Shown: piece after piece, positions 49,785 to 63,460 of the stretch | How positions within the stretch are numbered: the first letter of the stretch is position 1 | Layout: each line of letters starts with the position of its first letter | NCBI GenBank assembly: GCA_950097015.1 | Contig: CATNEN010000008.1 | Coordinates: 2,170,001-2,234,000 of the forward strand | DNA from: Macrostomum hystrix | Lineage: Eukaryota; Animalia; Platyhelminthes | Direction: 5' to 3' | DNA length: 64,000 nt | The notes under the pieces: model-generated | What the model was told of the DNA's origin: nothing | Databases searched by the model: none | Seen by the model: only the letters and a program-made list of their open reading frames with translations | Position numbers and translations under genes: made by a program

Positions 49785-50810
49785 GAGGAGACAGGGTAGA
49801 GATGAGACAGGGCAGAGATGAGACAGGGGAGAGATGAGACAGGGCAGAGATGAGACAGGGGAGAGATGAGACAGGGCAGAGATAAGACAAGGGAGACATG
49901 AGACAGGGCAGAGATGAGACAGGGCAGAGATGAGATAGGGCAGAGATGAGACAGGGCAGAGATGAGACAGGGCAGAGATGAGACAGGGCAGAGATGAGAC
50001 AGGGCAGAGATGAGACAGGGCAGAGATGAGACAGGGGAGAGATGAGACAGGAAGGAGATGAGACAGGGCAGAGATGAGATAGGGCAGAGATGAGACAGGG
50101 CAGAGATGAGACGGGTGAGAGGAGACTGGTGAGAGATGAGACAGGGCAGAGATGAGACAGGGCAGAGATGAGACAGGGCAGAGATGAGACAGGGCAGAGA
50201 TGAGACAGGGCAGAGATGAGATAGGGCAGAGATGAGATAGGGCAGAGATGAGACAGGGCAGAGATGAGACAGGGCAGAGATGAGACAGGGCAGAGATGAG
50301 ACAGGGCAGAGATGAGACAGGGCAGAGATGAGACAGGGGAGAGATGAGACAGGAAGGAGATGAGACAGGGCAGAGATGAGACAGGGCAGAGATGAGACAG
50401 GAAGGAGATGAGACAGGGCAGAGATGAGATAGGGCAGAGATGAGACAGGGCAGAGATGAGACAGGGCAGAGATGAGACAGGAAGGAGATGAGACAGGGCA
50501 GAGATGAGACAGGGCAGAGATGAGACAGGAAGGAGATGAGACAGGGCAGAGATGAGACAGGGCAGAGATGAGACAGGAAGGAGATGAGACAGGGCAGAGA
50601 TGAGACAGGGCAGAGATGAGACAGGAAGGAGATGAGACAGGGCAGAGATGAGACAGGGCAGAGATGAGACAGGGCAGAGATGAGACAGGAAGGAGATGAG
50701 ACAGGGCAGAGATGAGACAGGGCAGAGATGAGACAGGAAGGAGATGAGACAGGGCAGAGATGAGACAGGGCAGAGATGAGACAGGGCAGAGATGAGACAG
50801 GGCAGAGATG
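49785..50810. repeat. 16-bp GAGATGAGACAGG-family minisatellite
   Basis: Unit ATGAGACAGGGCAGAG. Confidence 0.96.
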
Positions 50811-51579
50811 CTATTTTGTTGCTTCGATGCCTGGCGATTATCCGCAGCTAAATCAGATGAAATTAGTCGAAAAAATTAGCGACGAAAAAATATCCTATTA
50901 GAACCAGCTGGCATGATGAACAGGAACTGATTTAGGATCAATGGAAGCCGACAAAGTAGAATTTATATACAGGCATTCATAGAAATGCCTTGACGCATTT
51001 GGACAGATAAAAATACACTGCAATACAATGAGAAAATAGATTCATAGGAGAAGATTGTGATCGATCATTTCGTATTGAGAATCTCCGTCGTCTTCGGCCA
51101 ATTCAAGGCCCCTCGCGATCCAAATCCGGATTGCATTTTTAAGTCTCGCACCTGTTAGCGATATGAGCTGGGACTCCACCCCCCCCTGCTCAGATATCTC
51201 ACCTGCTCAATCAGGCAGTCAGGCGGAATGCACGAGGCCTTTAGGCCATATTTTAATCCCTGTCCTTTGGCTCACAGCTTTATATCCTCTTTTATCCTCG
51301 TGTTTCTTCCCTTATAGAAAATCTCCCACCCATCCGTATGTCTCATATAGTGGTCCAGATCTCTCTGCTTTGATTCAATGCTGATTGATGCAAATGCTGA
51401 GGTCATAGGCCCTAGGAATGGCCAAATCTCTTAGGGGAAGCAGTCTATCGGTTTGGGCGGAGAAATGAGCGCATTAACATCTCATGCGCGCGTGCTCAAG
51501 CTTGATCCCTGAGCACAGACACCCCAATCTCGGCGATTGGGACCATTAGCACATGATCTTTGCGCCTGATTAGATTGTG

Positions 51580-51851
51580 CTGACTGACTGACTGACTGAC
51601 TGACTGACTGACTGACTGACTGACTGACTGACTGACTGACTGACTGACTGGCTGACTGACTGACTGACTGACTGACTGACTGGCTGACTGACTGACTGAC
51701 TGACTGACTGACTGACTGACTGACTGACTGACTGACTGACTGACTGACTGACTGACTGACTGACTGACTGACTGACTGACTGACTGACTGACTGACTGAC
51801 TGACTGACTGACTGACTGACTGACTGACTGACTGACTGACTGACTGACTGA
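51580..51851. repeat. (GACT)n microsatellite
   Basis: Direct inspection. Confidence 0.98.
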
Positions 51852-52531
51852 AGTGGCGAGTGAAGATATAATCGACAACTTCAAGAGGGGGGGCTAAATT
51901 TTGAGATTAAGGGGCGAAAGCTGATGCACAGTAATCAGAATGGAATTTGATCCATTTTCTTAATCTGCTGCAAATTAAGCTGTCGCCCTTGGCTGCAGAT
52001 ATTTCCTAGAAAAGTTGGCATTCAGAAAACCGAGCTGAGAGCTTCGCCAGAAATTACCGAGAGACTTCAGGAGAGAGGAGACAAACAGAGTTAGGCATTG
52101 CCTGCACCTGTTGCTTTCGCAAGAAGACGGTGTACGAGTACATTGCGTGGATTTTGCACCTCTAACCCCCCCCACTCGGAAGGCCAACGAGAGTTACTGG
52201 GCTCTGCTAACTCATACTGCTCAACTTTGAGCACGCACACACACACACAGTATGCAATTTGAGCACAGCACGAGCTCGCTATGATTATATAAGCTGAGGC
52301 CGTCTCACATTTCAATTCTTTGCTATTTAGCAAGGAGAATGGATTAGCTAAGATTTCTCACTCTGCGTGAAAGCAAATTCTAATTTTCACTGTTCATTTT
52401 ATCTGGAAGGTCTGTTAGGATAGATGGTGATTTGATTGTTTTTTAATAATTTAAATTGGCATCTCATCATGAGATTTATAGGTAGAAATCAAATCTAAAT
52501 GATGCATTGTCTGAGTATACTGTCTCGGCTC

Positions 52532-52612
52532 GTGGCAGGTTTCCCCCAGTCCATGGACTGAACAGCTGTACACATCCTTTGGATGCGCCGAAGAATAGCT
52601 GCGGCTGCGGCA
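52532..52612 (+). mobile_element. SINE family B, 3' fragment
   Basis: CCCCCAGTCCATGGACTGAACAGCTGTAC...GATGCGCCG...AATAGCTGC matches the B copies. Confidence 0.75.
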
Positions 52613-52792
52613 CCGGCTGTACATACATGGGTACGGCTGTACATACATGGGTACGGCTGTACATACATGGGTACGGCTGTACATACATGGGTACGGCTGT
52701 ACATACATGGGTACGGCTGTACATACATGGGTACGGCTGTACATACATGGGTACGGCTGTACATACATGGGTACGGCTGTACATACATGGGT
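52613..52792. repeat. 20-bp minisatellite, about 9 copies
   Basis: Unit GGTACGGCTGTACATACATG, lying between the SINE B and SINE A copies. Confidence 0.95.
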
Positions 52793-53075
52793 AATAACAG
52801 TGTTTGGTGACACTAGACTCGCAGACAGCAATTCTGCCCATTCCGCTGACTCCTGAGCACACACGCACACACTCACACAGGTGTGTACATCTGCCATGAC
52901 TTTCTCATCTTCAGGCTGTGTACACTCTCACTGTGCTTTCGAGGTTGGCTCTCAATGACTTAAATTGCACGACAAGCCCGCAAAGCCTTCTCTCCGCGGC
53001 TGCGCCCCAAATGAATGTGGCCTCGCCGCGGAATCGAGCTCAGGGACCTTGGTGACTGCTCTGGCACTCATCCCC
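52793..53075 (-). mobile_element. SINE family A
   Basis: Family A body and head (GGAATCGAGCTCAGGGACC). Confidence 0.88.
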
Positions 53076-53519
53076 TTCTCTTACTCTAATTAAGGTATGA
53101 AAAATGTTCCCATCGCTGTCAAACTAGCTGCTATCAAGTCCCAAGGAATTTACGGTTATAATTAAATTACAACAAGTCGACAAGAGGCTGGCAAAGTCGA
53201 GAGAAAGAGAGAGAGAGTTCCACAGGTCAATTAATTTGTGTTTACCCTCTTCTGTTTAATCAAACATTCGCTCACGCTGGCACAACTCCGAGATTCGCGT
53301 ACACGAAGCAGGGAGCAGGAAGGAAGAGAGACGGAAAACACTGAGAGATGGCGAGAAGGAGGTGCTGCAAGGATAGGGACAGGTCGACACTTCAAATCCT
53401 TCGCGGTCTGTGCAAGGCAGCCAAAATACCAGCATTAATTAGGCGGAGTGACAGATGGAGAAGGCCTTTGAAGGCTGGTAGCTGCAATGAAAACTGGCCG
53501 ATGACTATTTGAGCTGGTA

Positions 53520-54775
53520 ATGAGGTAGTCCCTAGCCTCATTGCTTTACAGGTCATTGACCCTAACCTCATTGCCTTACAGGTCATTGTCCCTAGCCTCA
53601 TTGCTTTACAGGTCATTGTTCCTAGCCTCATTGCTTTACAGGTCATTGTCCGTAACCTCATTTGCCTTACAGGTCATTGTCCCTAGCCTCATTGCTTTAC
53701 AGATCATTGTCCCTAGCCTCATTGCTTTACAGGTCATTGTCCGTAACCTCATTTGCCTTACAGGTCATTGTCCCTAGCCTCATTGCTTTACAGGTCATTG
53801 TCCCTAGCCTCATTGCCTTACAGGTCATTGATAACCTCATTGCTTTACAGGTCATTGTCCCTAGCCTCATTGCCTTACAGGTCATTGATAACCTCATTGC
53901 TTTACAGGTGATTGTCCGTGACCTCATTGCCTTACAGATCATTGTCCCTAGCCTCATTGCTTTACAGCTCATTGTCCGTAACCTCATTGCCTTACAGGTC
54001 ATTGTCCCTAGCCTCATTGCTTTACAGGTCATTGTCCCTAGCCTCATTGCTTTACAGGTCATTGTCCCTAGCCTCATTGCCTTAAAGGTCATTGTCCCTA
54101 GCCTCATTGCTTTACAGGTCATTGACCCTAGTCTCATTGCTTTACAGGTCATTGTCCGTAACCTCATTGCTTTACAGGTCATTTTCCCTAGCCTCACTGA
54201 TTTTCTGGTCATTGTCCCTAGCCTCACTGATTTTCTGGTCATTGTCCCTAGCCTCATTGCCTTACAGGTCATTGATAACCTCATTGCTTTACAGGTGATT
54301 GTCCGTGACCTCATTGCCTTACAGATCATTGTCCCTAGCCTCATTGCTTTACAGCTCATTGTCCGTAACCTCATTGCCTTACAGGTCATTGTCCCTAGCC
54401 TCATTGCTTTACAGGTCATTGTCCCTAGCCTCATTGCTTTACAGGTCATTGTCCCTAGCCTCATTGCCTTAAAGGTCATTGTCCCTAGCCTCATTGCTTT
54501 ACAGGTCATTGTCCCTAGCCTCATTGCCTTAAAGGTCATTGTCCCTAGCCTCATTGCTTTACAGGTCATTGACCCTAGTCTCATTGCTTTACAGGTCATT
54601 TTCCCTAAACTCACAGATTTTCTGGTCATTGTCCCTAGCCTCACTGTTTTTCTGGTCATTGTCCCTAGCCTCACTGTTTTTCTGGTCATTGTCCCTAACC
54701 TCACTGATTTTCTGGTCATTGTCCCTAGCCTCACTGTTTTTCTGGTCATTGTCCCTAAGCTCACTGATTCTTTGG
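53520..54775. repeat. 30-bp minisatellite
   Basis: Unit GTCCCTAGCCTCATTGCTTTACAGGTCATT; produces the false VPSLIALQVI ORF. Confidence 0.95.
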
Positions 54776-56319
54776 TCGTCAGCATCGCACAGAACTAATT
54801 AATGATCAAAGCTAATCACGGGGGTACACAGACGGAGCAACACGAGCAGCGCGCGTGACGCTCAGAAGTCGGCCCAGCAGTGAAAGTGAATTGAGCGGAG
54901 TCGGTCCGAAAGGAAACCGGAGACTCCTTCGCATTATTGACGCGCTAAAATAATTTTTTTACGAACCCTACTCCTTCTCACCTCCCCAGTTGTAAACGCG
55001 AGTCGCAAGCTCACGGCATACTCAACAATTCCCCACAGCTCGGGGGGGGAATGCTCGGTCTCGTTTTGGCACATAAATTAAAAGCAAAACGACTGCCCCC
55101 CTTTGCTTCGTGCTCTTGACAGGCCAGATTAAGCTTTTTCTATGGGATTCCAGCCCCCCAGCGACCCAGCACCGAAAGCCAAGTTCAACTGGCAATTTCT
55201 TTATGAAATCCCGTAGAGCCATTTAATCCTATTACAGTGCTGCGTTACAAATAAAACCGGGGGTGTTAGGGCATTGGGATCGGCCTATACTTGTATTACT
55301 GGACCAATTTGCTGTGCTGCATTGCAGGCTTTGGGCTTATTAAAGCACGCTTGCTCAAATCCCATACCGAAAAGAGCTGCTCAATCTAAACTTCTTCTAG
55401 CGCTGGCGCGGTTATATTTTTTCTTCATTTAATTTTATTCGCCAGAGTTTAACCAAAGGAGGCGAAAGCCAAACACGGGCGCCGGGCTAAACAGATCGGC
55501 CCGAGCCAGGCCGACTGAAAATAAAATAATTCCATGCCCACCCCGATTGCCTCCGCGAAATAATCCGCGAAAATTGATCGATTCCCGTCTCTCCTCACTC
55601 ACTAATATTATTTAGAGGCTTGTTTGGCTTCGGCTAGGAGTCAGTTGAAGGAAAATTTTGGAACACTGAAACCCCCTTTTTTCATAGCGCATGACGTCAT
55701 TTGGGATCGCTAAAGAATTAGGGATCTGGGGTTAGGGGAGGGTGTCATTTATCGATCCAGGGCGGCCTTTTAATTGCCTCACAACTCCACCATATCAACC
55801 GCCAATAATCCCGCATATTTCATCTCAGATTTCTGTTACCTTAATATACATTTTCCCTTGCCGCATCCAATCCCTATGCTTAATTATCGCTGAGCTGTGA
55901 GCTCGCTCACACAAATTGATTTCACACAGTCTCCCTAGGGAATTTAGCACCTCTTTTGTTAAAAAAATGAAGTAATTTATCATTTAAAATCCAACTAATT
56001 GCCTGACTAATAAGAGGACCCGTGAAGTCACTCTAATTTGACACCTATACAAAATCCCCCAGCTTATATTGAAGTGCTTTAAAAACGAGTTACAACGCAA
56101 CTGTAAAATAATTTGTTTCGTAGCAACTAGCAGCGTAGAAATCCGTTGCCATGCAAAAGAAAACCATTTGGATTTTTTTGCTTAATTAATTTACATACAG
56201 TTGTACCCAATTCAACATTTTGCGTTTCATTAAAGAAACAAAATGAAGACTTGTGGAATTTACCCGATAAAACAGCCTTCAAGTTGTTCAAGAAAAACTT
56301 GCGCTACGGTCCAATAGCT

Positions 56320-56580
56320 ACCTAGTCTTCTAGTCATTGTCCTACAGTTTCCTAGTCTTCTGATCATTGTCCTTCAGTTACCAAGTCTTCTGATCATTGT
56401 CCTTCAGTTACCAAGTCTTCTGATCATAGTCCTACAATTTCCTTGTCTTCTGATCATTGTCCTACAGTTTCGTAGTCTTCTAGTCATTGTCCTATAGCTA
56501 CCTAGTCTTCTGGTCATTGTCCTACAGTTTCCTAGTCTTCTGGTCATTGTCCTACAGTTTCCTAGTCTTCTGGTCATTGT
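56320..56580. repeat. 30-bp degenerate minisatellite
   Basis: Unit CCTAGTCTTCTGGTCATTGTCCTACAGTTT; shares GGTCATTGTCC with 53520-54775. Confidence 0.85.
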
Positions 56581-58135
56581 TATTTATTTTTTAATATTTC
56601 TGGCCATTGCTTAGAATATCCTACAATCCTTTATAGGACTTTGAGGCGCTAAATTTTGAGAAGGTAGGATATTAGAAGGTTCATTGATGTAGCATATAAT
56701 GTTCTGCCGTGCAGAATTAACAGGCGACATCTGGAAAAACAGGAACCGCTAAGATAATTATCTCCCGGAGTATCCTTAATTGGAGGCCCAGAATTTACAG
56801 TTGGGAAAATTTTCCTCTCCCTTAACTGGGCGTGGCGACTGAGCACTTAAGGGAACAGAAGCGTTCGCTTCAGCCTCTATCTAAACACATTATATACGTG
56901 GGATTGGACAGGCAATCAATTCCTAGAATACTTAAATAAACACTCTAGGAGGCTCTGGCCAATATCGCAATCTCTTGGCATCATCTTTACCCATGTTGAC
57001 AAGCAAGCAGATATTCTTACAAACCGTTCGTAAGTCTTCTTGAAAATATAGATTTTAAATCCGAGATATAATTTTCAGACTACTCATTATCAGTAGCATT
57101 GTGTAGGAGTTTTGCGGCAAATTTAACAAAGAACATAAAATATAATTTCAATTTCCGACACAGCTAACGATGCCATTTCGGTTAAATAGAAACAGTTGTA
57201 TTTTGACAACATTGAAACCTAGTATGTTTAGATATATATAATTTAAGTTTCGCATCTCAAGCTGCAGGGTCTAATTGATTCAATACGAACTAAGGAAGGG
57301 TATAACTAAATGGCTTGAATGTGCATTTGCTAATCGATTGTTTTTTGAATAAAATCAAATAAAATTATTTCATTAAATCAACCAAAACAAAATTACCTTC
57401 CCACAAACCCTATGGGAAGATCTATGCGCACTGTATCTATTTATAGAATAATCCGGGCTTTTCGTCTTCGTTCATTTCTAATCTTTCTTTCCTGATGCAG
57501 CTGATTAGCTGACTAATGTGCTTAGTGCTTCTATTTATAGAACTACTGGAGGTTTCCGCCTTCGCCCACTCTCTACCCTTCTTTCACCCAATCCCGATGC
57601 AGAAGTAATTCTATTTTTAGAACTACTGGAGAATTTCAACTTTGTTCAATCTGATTGGTTTAAGTTTCAAGGTTGTAGATGTTTTTTTATCTAAAACCTC
57701 CGCATTAGTAAAATAACTGAAAGATAACACACGAAAAATAACTAGGAACATTAACTGCGTTGAGAAATGATGGATACTAAGAAACGAGGGAACAAGGTAA
57801 AATACAGAAAACAGAACAATCCAGAATCCCAAGTAGTTCAAAACACAATTCAATACTTACCAAAAAGCGGATTAATTTTATTGCTAATTAGCAATATCTT
57901 CACTTCCCTTCCTAAATGTGATAAAACCAACCATTTTAGCCTAAAAAGCATGTTCAGTCCTAAGCGGCGATAATGCAGGCATAAATCACAATTCAAGATT
58001 AAAAACATTCACTAAAAAGACAACAATAAAATAAATGGATAACCATTTTCTTTCGATTGCTCTTCTCGGGTAGAAAAATTTAGAATCGGAAACGCGCAAA
58101 AATTCCAAGCCAAATCAGATACAATGCCGATTGCC

Positions 58136-61100
58136 TTAGCCGCTGAATACGGGCGGGCCAGCAGGCCCAGATTTATTAGCCTTCAAATTGCGAATATTCT
58201 CCTGGTGCTTCAGAAACTTGTCATAGTAGACATGACCGGGCGGTATTTGGCCATTCATAGACCGCAGCGTGTGCTTGTAGCCCTTGCAGTGAGCCTCCAA
58301 CAGTTCGTCAGAGCTGACTATCACATTGCATAGCTCGCACAGCTTGCCCTTGGATTTGACTGAGAAAAGTTTATATGGGGATGTTTGGTGATATAACCTA
58401 AAGTGTACTTTATCCTACTAATCCAAACTGGATCATTTCATAACCCTATCTAGATTATCCTACTAATCCAAACTGGATCATTTCATAACCCTATCTAGAT
58501 TATCCTACTAATCCAAACTGGATCATTTCATAACCCTATCTAGATTATCCCACTAATCCAAACTGGATCATTTCATAACCCTATCTAGATTATCCCACTA
58601 ATCCAAACTGGATCATTTCATAACCCTATCTAGATTATCCTACTAATCCAAACTGGATCATTTCATAACCCTATCTAGATTATCCCACTAATCCAAACTG
58701 GATCATTTCATAACCCTATCTAGATTATCCCACTAATCTAAACTGGATCATTTCATAACCCTATCTAGATTATCCTACTAATCCAAACTGGATCATTTCA
58801 TAACCCTATCTAGATTATCCTACTAATCCAAACTGGATCATTTCATAACCCTATCTAGATTATCCCACTAATCTAAACTGGATCGTTTAATAATCCTCTC
58901 TAGATTATCCCACTAATCCAAACTGGATCATTTCATAACCCTATCTAGATTATCCTACTAATCCAAACTGGATCATTTCATGACCCTATCTAGATTATCC
59001 CACTAATCCAAACTGGATCATTTCATAACCCTATCTAGATTATCCCACTAATCCAAACTGGATCATTTCATAACCCTATCTAGATTATCCTACTAATCCA
59101 AACTGGATCATTTCATAACCCTATCTAGATTATCCTACTAATTCAAACTGGATCATTTCATAACCCTATTTAGATTATCCTACTAATCCAAACTGGATCA
59201 TTTCATAACCCTATCTAGATTATCCTACTAATCCAAACTGGATCATTTCATAACCCTATCTAGATTATCCTACTAATCCAAACTGGATCATTTCATAACC
59301 CTATCTAGATTATCCCACTAATCCAAACTGGATCATTTCATAACCCTATCTAGATTATCCCACTAATCCAAACTGGATCATTTCATAACCCTATCTAGAT
59401 TATCCTACTAATCCAAACTGGATCATTTCATAACCCTATCTAGATTATCCTACTAATCCAAACTGGATCATTTCATAACCCTATCTAGATTATCCCACTA
59501 ATCCAAACTAGATCATTTCATAACCCTATCTAGATTATCCCACTAATCCAAACTGGATCATTTCATAACCCTATCTAGATTATCCTACTAATCCAAACTG
59601 GATCATTTCATAACCCTATCTAGATTATCCCACTAATCCAAAATGGATCGTTTAATAACCCTTTCTAGATTATCCCACTAATCCAAACTGGATCATTTCA
59701 TAACCCTATCTAGATTATCCCACTAATCCAAACTGGATCATTTCATAACCCTATCTAGATTATCCTACTAATCCAAACTGGATCATTTCATAACCCTATC
59801 TAGATTATCCTACTAATCTAAACTGGATCGTTTAATAATCCTCTATAGATTATCCCACTAATCTAAACTGGATCGTTTAATAATCCTCTCTAGATTATAC
59901 CACTAATCTAAACTGGATCATTTAATAACCCTATCTAGATTATCCTACTAATCTAAACTGGATCGTTTAATAATCCTCTATAGATTATCCCACTAATCTA
60001 AACTGCATCGTTTAATAATCCTCTATAGATTATCCCACTAATCTAAACTGGATCGTTTAATAATCCTCTCTAGATTATCCCACTAATCTAAACTGCATCA
60101 TTTCATAACCCTATCTAGATTATCCTACAAATCCAAACTGGATCATTTCATAACCCTATCTAGATTATCCTACTAATCCAAACTGGATCATTTCATAACC
60201 CTATCTAGATTATCCCACTAATCCAAACTGGATCATTTCATAACCCTATCTAGATTATCCTACTAATCCAAACTGGATCATTTCATAACCCTATCTAGAT
60301 TATCCCACTAATCCAAACTGGATCATTTCATAACCCTATCTAGATTATCCTACTAATCCAAACTGGATCATTTCATAACCCTATCTAGATTATCCTACTA
60401 ATCTAAACTGGATCGTTTAATAATCCTCTATAGATTATCCCACTAATCTAAACTGGATCGTTTAATAATCCTCTATAGATTATCCCACTAATCTAAACTG
60501 CATCGTTTAATAACCCTATCTAGATTATCCCACTAATCTAAACTGGATCATTTAATAACCCTATCTAGATTATCCCACTAATCTAAACTGGATCATTTAA
60601 TAACCCTATCTAGATTATCCCACTAATCCAAACTGGATCACTTCATAACCCTATCTAGATTATCCCACTAATCCAAACTGGATCATTTCATAATCCTATC
60701 TAGATTATCCCACTAATCCAATCAGGATCATTTCATAACCCTATCTAGATTATCCCACTAATCTAAACTGGATCGTTTAATAATCCTCTCTAGATTATCC
60801 CACTAATCCAAACTGGATCATTTCATAACTCTATCTAGATTATCCTACTAAACTAAACTGGATCATTTCATAACCCTATCTAGATTATCCTACTAATCTA
60901 AACTGGATCGTTTAATAATCCTCTCTAGATTATCCCACTAAATTAAAAAACTGAATAATTTTATAATCCTATCTAGATTATCCCACTAATCTAAACTGGA
61001 TCATTTAATAACCCTATCTAGATTATCCCACTAATCTAAACTGGATCGTTTAATAATCCTCTCTAGATTATCCCACTAAATAAAAAAACGGAATAATTTT

Positions 61101-63460
61101 ATAATCCTATATAGATTATCCTATCTAGATCCCACTAATCGTTTAATAATCCAATCTAGATAATCCCATTTTTCAAACTTGATTATTTTCCCATTCCATC
61201 TAGTTTATCCCACAAATCTCAACTGAAATCTTCATTAATCCCACCTAAATTATCCAAATAATCGAACATGGATCATTAAATAATCCCATATAGATTATCC
61301 TATAAATCCTCATATTTGAGTTATTCCACCCACGCACTCACTGATTTCCTGCTGGTGCTGCTGATAGGCCAGCCGGTGGGCCTTAGAGTTAAAGTGGTGC
61401 TCAGCCTGACTAAAGGTGGTGAACTCTGGCACATCGCACACCGAGCACTTCATGTGCTGCCGCTTGCTAACCAGTTTCTGCACGTCAGTCTTGGGCATTT
61501 TGCTGAGCGACTGGCTGTAGTTTGAGTCAGATGGAAGCATGGGGGCCAGGCTCTGAGCACCCTTCTGCTTCACCGATTGCAAGGCCTGCCAATGCCGGAT
61601 AGAGAATGGGATAACAGCATCAAACTAGACTGTGGGATTGCGATTTCTAGGAATTTGAAAAGGGATCTGTGGGACTGTAATTTCTAGGAAATTCGGAAAT
61701 GGATCTGTGGGACTGGGATTTCTAGGAAATTCGGAAAGGGATCTGTGAGATTCGGATTTCTAGGAAATTCGGAAAGGGATCTGTGGGAATGTAATTTCTA
61801 GGAAATTCGGAAAGGGATCTGTGGGACTGTGATTTCCAGGAAATTCGGAAAGCGATTAGTGGGACTGGGATTTCTAGGAAATTCGGAAAGGGATCTGCAG
61901 AATTTTTAATTTTAAAGAAAATATTATAGGGATCTGTGGGATCGGCATTTCTAGGAAGTTATAATACGGACATGTAACATTAAAGTTCTAGGAAATTGTG
62001 AGAGGGATCAGTGGGATCAGGATTTATAGGAAATTATGATAGGGATCTGTAAAAATCCTAGATGTCTGTAGGGATATCTAGGATAACAAATCATAGTATT
62101 TAATATGCAGAAACCGCATGCCAAACACACTAAACTCACCTTGACTTCAGCCAGCTTGCTCTTCTTGCTCTGAATGATGGCAGCTGCGTCAGGATCGCCA
62201 GCAGCGCGCAGAGCGGCCAGGTGCTTCATGCCGTTCAGATGCGTCTGCGATTGATTTGCAAAAATATGGCTCAAATTTAATTTGAAACTCCGCGGCGAGG
62301 CCACATTCATTTGGCATGCAATTTACGCCCATGCAATTAAGGGCCAACCTCCAAGGCAGAATAAGAGTGTGCACTGCCTGACGATGAGAAAGTCAGGGCA
62401 GTCAGCGGAATGGGCAGAATTGCCTCCTCGCTGGCTGCGGGTCCAGTGTCACCAAATGATTGTCCGCAGCCCTCATGCAATTATTATTATTAACTATAAA
62501 CTCTAACTCTAATTGCACACACGAATGCCTCGCCATCAAATCAATAATTGCAATAGTGTACTAGCAGAGAGGTTGTAGCCTAGTGGTTAGAGCGTCGGAC
62601 TCACGACTTGAAGGTCTGGGGTTCGTTTCCCGACTCCACTGGAACAATTTGTGTCCTTTAGCAAGACACTTAACTCTGCATTGCTTCAGTTCACCCAGCT
62701 GTTAAATGGGTACCAGCATCAGCTGGGATAATTGAAGGTGGGTGTGGCGTCCCCCCAGTCCATGGACTGAACAGCTGTACGCAGCCTTCAGATGCCCCGC
62801 GCAATAGCTGCAGCTGTGCTGTCGGCTCCACATCTGACCCAATTGGGGCAGGTGTAATCAAATATTATTATTAATTATTAATTAGTGTACTATAAGCCCA
62901 CATGTGACTTTGCAATGAAAGTTTGGCTCCTGAAAGGTTATAAACCCACAGGCAGTTCAATCTAGTCCACCAACCTGCATCAGCTCCGGGTGAAGAATCA
63001 GGTCGCACAGCTGGCAATAGACTTCAGGATCTTTGGCTTCCTTCTTTCGTAGAAACTCCACCTCTTTGATCTTCTTGGTGTGCTTGGCTCCGTTGAGGTG
63101 CTTCTGGTACATGGCCTCGTTGGGACATTTTGTTTCACATAGTTCGCAAGTGTAAGGTTGGGTCACGCCTTCCATAGACGAGGACTGTTGCTGCAGAAGC
63201 TGCTGCTGCTGTCCCACCTTCTTAGCGTGCTTGGCTCCATTGATGTGACTCTGAAAACTAGCTTCGCAGTTGCATTTGGCATTGCACAGTTCGCAATAGA
63301 ACTTGGCGCCATCCACCGCCATTGGATGCTGGTCAGAACCAAAGCTCTCTTGCTGCCTCTTCTGCAGCATTGCCTGGTGCTGCACTGTGCCCAGATGAAT
63401 CTGGAGCATGTTCTCATCAGATAGGTTTACATTGCATAGGCTGCAGAAGAAATTGCTCAT
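58136..63460 (-). CDS. Multi-finger U1/matrin-type C2H2 zinc finger protein (ZNF385/ZNF346/ZMAT-like, probable RNA binder), about 352 aa, 4 exons
   Basis: Exons 63460-62975, 62244-62140, 61585-61342 and 58359-58136 (TAA); GT-AG, phases 0, 0, 1. Six fingers with about C-x2-C-x12-H-x5-H spacing: CSLC..HLGTVQH, CELC..HINGAKH, CELC..HLNGAKH, CQLC..|THLNGMKH, CSVC..HFNSKAH, CELC..HCKGYKH. An acceptor near 63494 lies upstream of the ATG, so an upstream exon could extend the N-terminus. Confidence 0.88.
58410..61130. repeat. 45-bp AT-rich intronic satellite, about 60 copies
   Basis: Unit TAGATTATCCTACTAATCCAAACTGGATCATTTCATAACCCTATC; fills about 90% of intron 58360-61341. Confidence 0.97.
61640..62060. 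repeat. 38-bp degenerate minisatellite
   Basis: Unit GGGATCTGTGGGACTGGGATTTCTAGGAAATTCGGAAA. Confidence 0.88.
62289..62493 (+). mobile_element. SINE family A, 5'-truncated and internally deleted
   Basis: CCGCGGCGAGGCCACATTCATTTGG...GTGTCACCAAATGAT...(TTA)n. Confidence 0.85.
62564..62882 (+). mobile_element. SINE family B, full length, with 10-bp TSD
   Basis: TAGTGTACTA at 62554-62563 and 62883-62892. A box TAGCCTAGTGG, B box GGTTCGTTTCC, (TTA/ATT)n tail. Confidence 0.92.
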
